A stretch of 64,000 nt of DNA from Candidatus Heimdallarchaeota archaeon. Lineage in GTDB: Archaea > Asgardarchaeota > Heimdallarchaeia > Hodarchaeales > Hodarchaeaceae. The position numbers and the translations under genes are program-made. The notes under the pieces are model-generated. The model saw only the letters and a program-made list of their open reading frames with translations. It was not told the DNA's origin and did not search any database. Location of the stretch: contig CP070695.1 of assembly GCA_020353515.1 (NCBI GenBank), positions 737,065-801,064 on the forward strand. The letters are read 5' to 3'. Positions 59,042-64,000 of the stretch are shown here, piece by piece (the stretch's first letter is position 1; every line of letters starts with the position of its first letter).

Positions 59042-59281
59042 TTATCCATTATTGACATATTTTGAGCGTGTATAAATTATTCGATAATTGTCACAGTCCG
59101 CTTTAAAACATTCAGCACATCCTTCCATTTCCCCTGGGACTACAGGTTCAACACGTACTTCTTGATCTAATGATTCATACAATTCAACATATTCGTTTAC
59201 ACGATTTTCTTCAATGGTAAACTTTTTCTCCCATCCTTCTTCCTCCAATCGCGATTTTTTCATTTTTTTCTGGTTTTTCAA
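59042..59281 (-). CDS. Small CxxC protein at the end of the bzd-like operon
   Basis: EEGWEKKF...EYVELYESL...CAEC...IYTR. Confidence 0.7.
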   Translation of the reverse strand: MKNQKKMKKSRLEEEGWEKKFTIEENRVNEYVELYESLDQEVRVEPVVPGEMEGCAECFKADCDNYRIIYTRSKYVNNG

Positions 59282-59313
59282 GATTACATTAATCTTCCTA
59301 CACAGTTGGTTGA

Positions 59314-61839
59314 TTAAAAGAGATCATCATCCAAATCTTCATTACTTTCTGGCATTTTCCCAAATTTCTGCATGAATTGTTGAAGTAACTCACTCTCTTT
59401 CTTTGTGTACATAGGATCTTCTTCAAAACCAAAGAATTGGGCTTTTTCATTAGTGTTCAGCTGCTCTGTCAATGCTTGACAAAGATGGGGAGTTCCTTGA
59501 ATGAAAATTATGTGCTTATCTTCATCAAGAAGCTGAAAAGCACCTTCAATATCTGGAACTTTCTGAATATTTTCAAGTGTAAATTCTTGCCATTTTTCTG
59601 GTGGTAGATGTATTGGTGAAAAGTGCAAACGACTATCACATCTGAGACATCGTTTCGCTTCCTCCATCGCTAAACTTTCATTCAGGCCTAGTTCTATTTC
59701 GTTAAAACTAGTAGTACGGTCATTGAGGGGTAAACATGGCATCTGAACCCTGGAATTGTCAAAGAAATCCTCATCTTGACCTAACCAAGGATTTGAAGTA
59801 TCTTGCTCAGTTAATTCTTCTTCAATATTACCGTTGCCTCCCAAATATTTATCGATGGATATTGCGGCGTTACGTCCCATTTCAATAGCTTCTACAACTG
59901 ATAAGGGCCCCTTTATCACTTCTCCCCCTGCAAAAATTCCTGCAACATTTGTAGAAAGATCTCCATCATTCACATTGATTAATCCTGATGGCGTTATTTG
60001 AACTGATATTTCTTCTCCTAAAATAAATAAATCAGGACTTTGACCTATTGCCATAATTACCATGTCAGTTTCAACAGTCTTTAGTTTTGAATCATCAAAA
60101 GTTGGATTGAATCTCCCTTTCTCATCAAAAACATTTGTACACTGAACTAGTTCCGCTTTTTCTACTTTATCCGTACCAATAATTTTATTGGGGCCCCATG
60201 AACAATGAATAGTAATATTTTCATCTAATACTTCTTGAATCTCCCATTCATGAGCAGGCATCTCTTCTCGTGATTCAAGACACGCTACTTGGACTTCACT
60301 AGCACCTAACCTGAGTGCAATTAATGCAACATCCATTGCAACCCCACCACCTCCAATAACTAGAACTTTTTCTTCAACTTGTACTTCCTTTCCTTTTGTT
60401 ACATCCTTTAAGAATTCTAATCCCCAAAGAACTCCTTTAAGTTCTACTCCTTCGATTTTAATTTTCTTAGCTTGTTGTGCTCCAATAGATATAAAAATTG
60501 CTTCATATTCTCTTTGTAGATCATTAATAGTTAATTCAAGTCCCACTGAAACATTAGTTTTGAATTTAACTCCCGCATCACTTATATGTTTAAGATCCTT
60601 GTCAAATATTTCTCGTGGTAATCGATATTCTGGAATCCCTTGCCTTAGCATTCCTCCTAATTCTGAGCTTTCATCAAAAACAACAGTAGAGTGGCCATTT
60701 CTAGCTAAATAATAGGCTGTTGTGAGTCCTGTAGGGCCTGAACCAATTATAGCTACTTTTTTTCCAGTAGCTGGGGCTATCGTAACCTTTGATTGCCATA
60801 TTCCTGTATCATGCTCTAAAGCAAAACGCTTTAGTGCACAAATTGCAATTGGGTCATTCAACTGACCCCGACGGCATTCTGTTTCACAAACATGAAAACA
60901 AACCCTTCCAAGGACAGAGGGAAGAGGAGTTTTCTCTCGAATCACTGCAGCAGCTTCTCCAAACTTACCTTCTGCAATCAATCTAATATAGCGGGGAACA
61001 TCAGTTCCTAATGGACAGGTGTTACGGCAAGGAACAAGTGCATTTTCACGTTCAGCCCATAAAATATCTTTGTCAGAAAGAGCTCCTGTAGGACATACTT
61101 CAACACATGCTCCACAAAATTTACATCCTGATTCTTTAAGTGTTTGTTTGATACTGCCTACGATCGTTTCACCATTTGAAAAAACAAATCCAAGGGCATT
61201 AACACCCCGAATATCCTGACAAACTCTGGCACAACGAGTACATCCTATACACAATTCAAAATTTCGTGTGAATAGGGGTTCGTTATCAAGAATTTGAATT
61301 CCTTGAGGTTTATAGCGTGGAGTATCGTCTCTTATCCCCACATATTCTGCTACTCTTTGTAATTCACACCTCCCAAACTCTGGACAACATCGTTCCTCCA
61401 CAGGAACATTTGTGGAGCATGGTTCACGACTGCACCCTTCCTTTTGAGCACAAGTTAAGCAAGCATGTGGGTGGTTGGCAAGTATTTTCATCATTCTTTC
61501 TTGTCTAAAATCGTGAATTTCTGGTAAATCAGTCTTAATAGTCATATTCTCTTGAATCATTGTGTTACATGATGTTACGAGTTCTTCAATACCTTCTATT
61601 TTGACTACACACAGTTGACATCCTTCATGTGTTTGCGATGCCAATGAATTATCATTATTATATTGAGTATCGCCCTGATATATTGATTCTACTGATTTTA
61701 AGTCTTGAGATGGTGGCAAATCAGGATGAGAACAAAGCCTAGGAATATAGATATCAGCTGCCTGTGCAGCCTCTAGGATTGTTATTCCTTTCTTCGTTTC
61801 AATTTTTGTATCATTGATAGTAATTGATGTTATTTCCAT
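59314..61839 (-). CDS. BzdV-like Fe-S flavoprotein (NAD(P)H:ferredoxin oxidoreductase; GltD-type)
   Basis: 2Fe-2S domain (IPRLC...CQLC...SC), 4Fe-4S motifs, GRVC...CE..C, IIGSGPTG, VIGGG, EAKRCLRC; downstream of bzdPQ and ferredoxin. Confidence 0.85.
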   Translation of the reverse strand: MEITSITINDTKIETKKGITILEAAQAADIYIPRLCSHPDLPPSQDLKSVESIYQGDTQYNNDNSLASQTHEGCQLCVVKIEGIEELVTSCNTMIQENMTIKTDLPEIHDFRQERMMKILANHPHACLTCAQKEGCSREPCSTNVPVEERCCPEFGRCELQRVAEYVGIRDDTPRYKPQGIQILDNEPLFTRNFELCIGCTRCARVCQDIRGVNALGFVFSNGETIVGSIKQTLKESGCKFCGACVEVCPTGALSDKDILWAERENALVPCRNTCPLGTDVPRYIRLIAEGKFGEAAAVIREKTPLPSVLGRVCFHVCETECRRGQLNDPIAICALKRFALEHDTGIWQSKVTIAPATGKKVAIIGSGPTGLTTAYYLARNGHSTVVFDESSELGGMLRQGIPEYRLPREIFDKDLKHISDAGVKFKTNVSVGLELTINDLQREYEAIFISIGAQQAKKIKIEGVELKGVLWGLEFLKDVTKGKEVQVEEKVLVIGGGGVAMDVALIALRLGASEVQVACLESREEMPAHEWEIQEVLDENITIHCSWGPNKIIGTDKVEKAELVQCTNVFDEKGRFNPTFDDSKLKTVETDMVIMAIGQSPDLFILGEEISVQITPSGLINVNDGDLSTNVAGIFAGGEVIKGPLSVVEAIEMGRNAAISIDKYLGGNGNIEEELTEQDTSNPWLGQDEDFFDNSRVQMPCLPLNDRTTSFNEIELGLNESLAMEEAKRCLRCDSRLHFSPIHLPPEKWQEFTLENIQKVPDIEGAFQLLDEDKHIIFIQGTPHLCQALTEQLNTNEKAQFFGFEEDPMYTKKESELLQQFMQKFGKMPESNEDLDDDLF

Positions 61840-61918
61840 CTTTAGATTCTCCCAAGAGATGATATATCCACGGGATTAAATTTAAATCAAATTTTCCTAA
61901 TTTACGAGGAATTTTGAC

Positions 61919-62206
61919 TTACCAAGAGTGGGTTAAGGCCCCTGGTTCACAGGTTTGAACACAAGGTAGTGCTATTGGTTCACCAGTTGGTTTACATGGA
62001 GCACAAGAATATTTGATCTTCTTACGATGTTCCTCAGTAACCTTGGCAACAAGTTCTTCTGCTAAAGGATCCAGTTCATTTTCTACAACTTCGAGAACAC
62101 CCTCGGGGCAAACCTCAACGCATTTACTACAACCATCACACAGATCTGTGTCTACAGTGATGTAGTATTCTCCTGAACCATCTTTATATCCGTAATTAGC
62201 TTTCAT
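61919..62206 (-). CDS. BzdM-like ferredoxin
   Basis: ANYGYKDGSGEYYIT, CDGCSKCVEVCP, CAPC...CVQTC. Confidence 0.88.
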   Translation of the reverse strand: MKANYGYKDGSGEYYITVDTDLCDGCSKCVEVCPEGVLEVVENELDPLAEELVAKVTEEHRKKIKYSCAPCKPTGEPIALPCVQTCEPGALTHSW

Positions 62207-62249
62207 TTCTCGATCTTTCCATAATTTAGCTTGAATAAAAACAAAAACA

Positions 62250-63134
62250 TTAACCAGCTTTCTTACGAGCTTTTTCTACTAATGCTTTCCCGAACAACGC
62301 ACCCCCAATCGCACCCGCGAGTTGTGGATCAACCTTTGGTTCAGGAGCAGTAATCTTTAATTCTTTTTCAATACGAGAAACAACACCAATATTTTTAGCA
62401 ATACCCCCAGTTATTGCAAAATCATTTTCTACTCCAAGGCGTTCTAAAAGAGTTACAACTCTATGAGCCATTGCGCCACAATAGGCAGCTAACACTCTCT
62501 CTTTGGTCCATCCTTTTCGAAGTAACGCTACTGCTTCAGATTTGGCAAAAACAACACATGTACTGCTTACTGGCTCTGGTTCATCATCTACTATAGACAT
62601 TTTTCCAACATCATTGATATGTACTTGCAATAAATCGGCAAAAACTTCCATTCCTCTTCCTGTTCCTGCTGCACATTTATCATTCATGAGGAATGCAGTA
62701 ACTTTACCACGATGATCACAGCGAATTGCTTTGCAATCTTGCCCACCCATATCGAGAACTGTTCTGATTGAGGGTCCATACATGAAATTAGCTCCTCTTG
62801 CATGACAAGCGATTTCAGTAATGGCTCGCTTTGCAAACGGAACATTTACACGTCCATAACCAGTTCCCACAGCGTACTCTATTTTATCTAAATCAAGTCC
62901 AGTTTCTTCAAGTGCCCAATTCATAGATCTATTGGCACTATCTGGACTATCACTTCCAGTTCTCATGTTTGCATAGCAATAGAGCTTTCCGTCAACCATG
63001 ACCACTGATTGCGTACTGACTGATCCAACATCAACCCCAGCTGATATAATATCACCATCTCTCCAATCTAAATCTGGGTTTGTCCAGCGTGATTCAGTCC
63101 ATCTCCAATATTCAGTACTTTCTGAGTTTGACAT
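62250..63134 (-). CDS. bzdQ: Benzoyl-CoA reductase, bzd-type, subunit Q
   Basis: N-terminal EYWRW.E extension, GVDVGSVS, TGYGRVNVPFA, MNDKCAAGTGRGMEV. Confidence 0.85.
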   Translation of the reverse strand: MSNSESTEYWRWTESRWTNPDLDWRDGDIISAGVDVGSVSTQSVVMVDGKLYCYANMRTGSDSPDSANRSMNWALEETGLDLDKIEYAVGTGYGRVNVPFAKRAITEIACHARGANFMYGPSIRTVLDMGGQDCKAIRCDHRGKVTAFLMNDKCAAGTGRGMEVFADLLQVHINDVGKMSIVDDEPEPVSSTCVVFAKSEAVALLRKGWTKERVLAAYCGAMAHRVVTLLERLGVENDFAITGGIAKNIGVVSRIEKELKITAPEPKVDPQLAGAIGGALFGKALVEKARKKAG

Positions 63135-63138
63135 TGTC

Positions 63139-63924
63139 TTATCCTCCTAATCTATCCTGTGCAGTAAGCGCTGCACCATAAGCACTCACGAATTCAGGTG
63201 CAATGGGATCTTTTGGTACAAAGATCTCACAATCAAGGTTTCGTTTCATTGAATCGACAAAACCAATATTATTCGCGACACCCCCAACAAGAGCCACATC
63301 CTGTTCAATACCAACTCTACGAGCCATACTTGTAATTCTATCTGCTATTGCATCATGTACAGCACGTACAATGTCTTCCTTCGGGGTTTTTTGATGTATC
63401 AATGATACTACCTCTGACTCAGCAAAAATAGTGCATTGTGCATTCATTGGGACTGGTTTTGTGGACTTTAATGAAAGATCTCCCATTTCTTCGATATCTA
63501 GTTCCAAAGCTCTTGCCATCGCTTCAGTAAATGCCCCAGCTCCAGCTGCACATTTCTCATTGATACCGAAATCAACAACTTTTCCTTCTTCATTAAGCCG
63601 GATAGCTCTACCCTCTTCTGCACCAACATCGATCACAGTTCGAACAGATGGGAAGATTGTTGATATCCCCTTTGCATTTGCACTAATTTCAGTTACGGTA
63701 TCATTTGCGTGGGTAGCTGCATCCATTCCTGCACCTGTAGCTGTTAAATGTTCAATATCATCTTTTGTGATTCCAGCTTCTGTTAATGCTTTATTTAATG
63801 CTTGCTCCTCGGACGCTTTCTGATCAAATCCACTCGGGGCTGAAGAAATTGCTAAAATTTCTCCATTTTTTAAAATAATCGCTTTTGTGTTTTTGGCTCC
63901 AAAATCCATACCTATTGCTACCAT
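63139..63924 (-). CDS. bzdP: Benzoyl-CoA reductase, bzd-type, subunit P
   Basis: DVGAEEGRAI, NEKCAAGAGAF.EAMARAL, MNAQCTIFAESEVVSL. Confidence 0.83.
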   Translation of the reverse strand: MVAIGMDFGAKNTKAIILKNGEILAISSAPSGFDQKASEEQALNKALTEAGITKDDIEHLTATGAGMDAATHANDTVTEISANAKGISTIFPSVRTVIDVGAEEGRAIRLNEEGKVVDFGINEKCAAGAGAFTEAMARALELDIEEMGDLSLKSTKPVPMNAQCTIFAESEVVSLIHQKTPKEDIVRAVHDAIADRITSMARRVGIEQDVALVGGVANNIGFVDSMKRNLDCEIFVPKDPIAPEFVSAYGAALTAQDRLGG

Positions 63925-63944
63925 ATGATTTCACCTTGGTTTTA

Positions 63945-64000
63945 TTACTCCGCTACTAACTCTATTCCAAGAGACTCCATAAAAGCGTCAATTCGTGTCA
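63945..64000 (-). CDS. bzdO: C-terminal fragment of benzoyl-CoA reductase subunit O (runs off window)
   Basis: ...TRIDAFMESLGIELVAE* directly upstream of bzdP; RIDAF.E is typical of HAD/BCR subunit C-termini. Confidence 0.65.
   Translation of the reverse strand, partial: TRIDAFMESLGIELVAE

Noticed and set aside
1-64000. tRNA or rRNA genes
   Set aside because: No cloverleaf/T-loop signature or rRNA-like GC-rich segment recognised by eye; tRNAscan-SE and Infernal would be needed to exclude them fully.

Overview
AT-rich archaeal chromosomal window. It most likely comes from an Asgard archaeon, probably Heimdallarchaeia/Hodarchaeales; this is an inference from two archaeal histones, a TFS paralog, two Rab-like small GTPases, a V4R/Bet3-like protein, an MCP and a CTERM-anchored surface protein. 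The first ~4.4 kb looks like a site-specific recombination locus. It holds an RHH-like gene coupled to an intact Xer-family tyrosine recombinase, a 55-aa membrane micro-ORF and a 28-bp dif-like site. It also holds a single beta-helix surface-protein gene bracketed by two composite repeat regions built from the same short modules in permuted order. The rest is mostly housekeeping, metabolic and signalling genes: PhzF, gpmA, S9 peptidase, GGT, pncA/pncB, a MoxR operon, ACD, pyk, panE and two-component systems. The window ends in a bzd-type benzoyl-CoA reductase cluster. Notable oddities are: tandem histone genes sharing a 5'-terminal hairpin and a 3' T5C5Tn element; a membrane-anchored HEPN protein; a divergent RtcB-like protein; a PolD-DP1-N/wHTH fusion; SHOCT-linked bactofilin-like genes; an SSUH2-like zinc-finger protein; an Rpn1/Rpn2-like PC-repeat protein; and a decayed histidine kinase. 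I recognised no tRNA, rRNA or CRISPR array. All family calls come from motif recognition by eye, not database searches.
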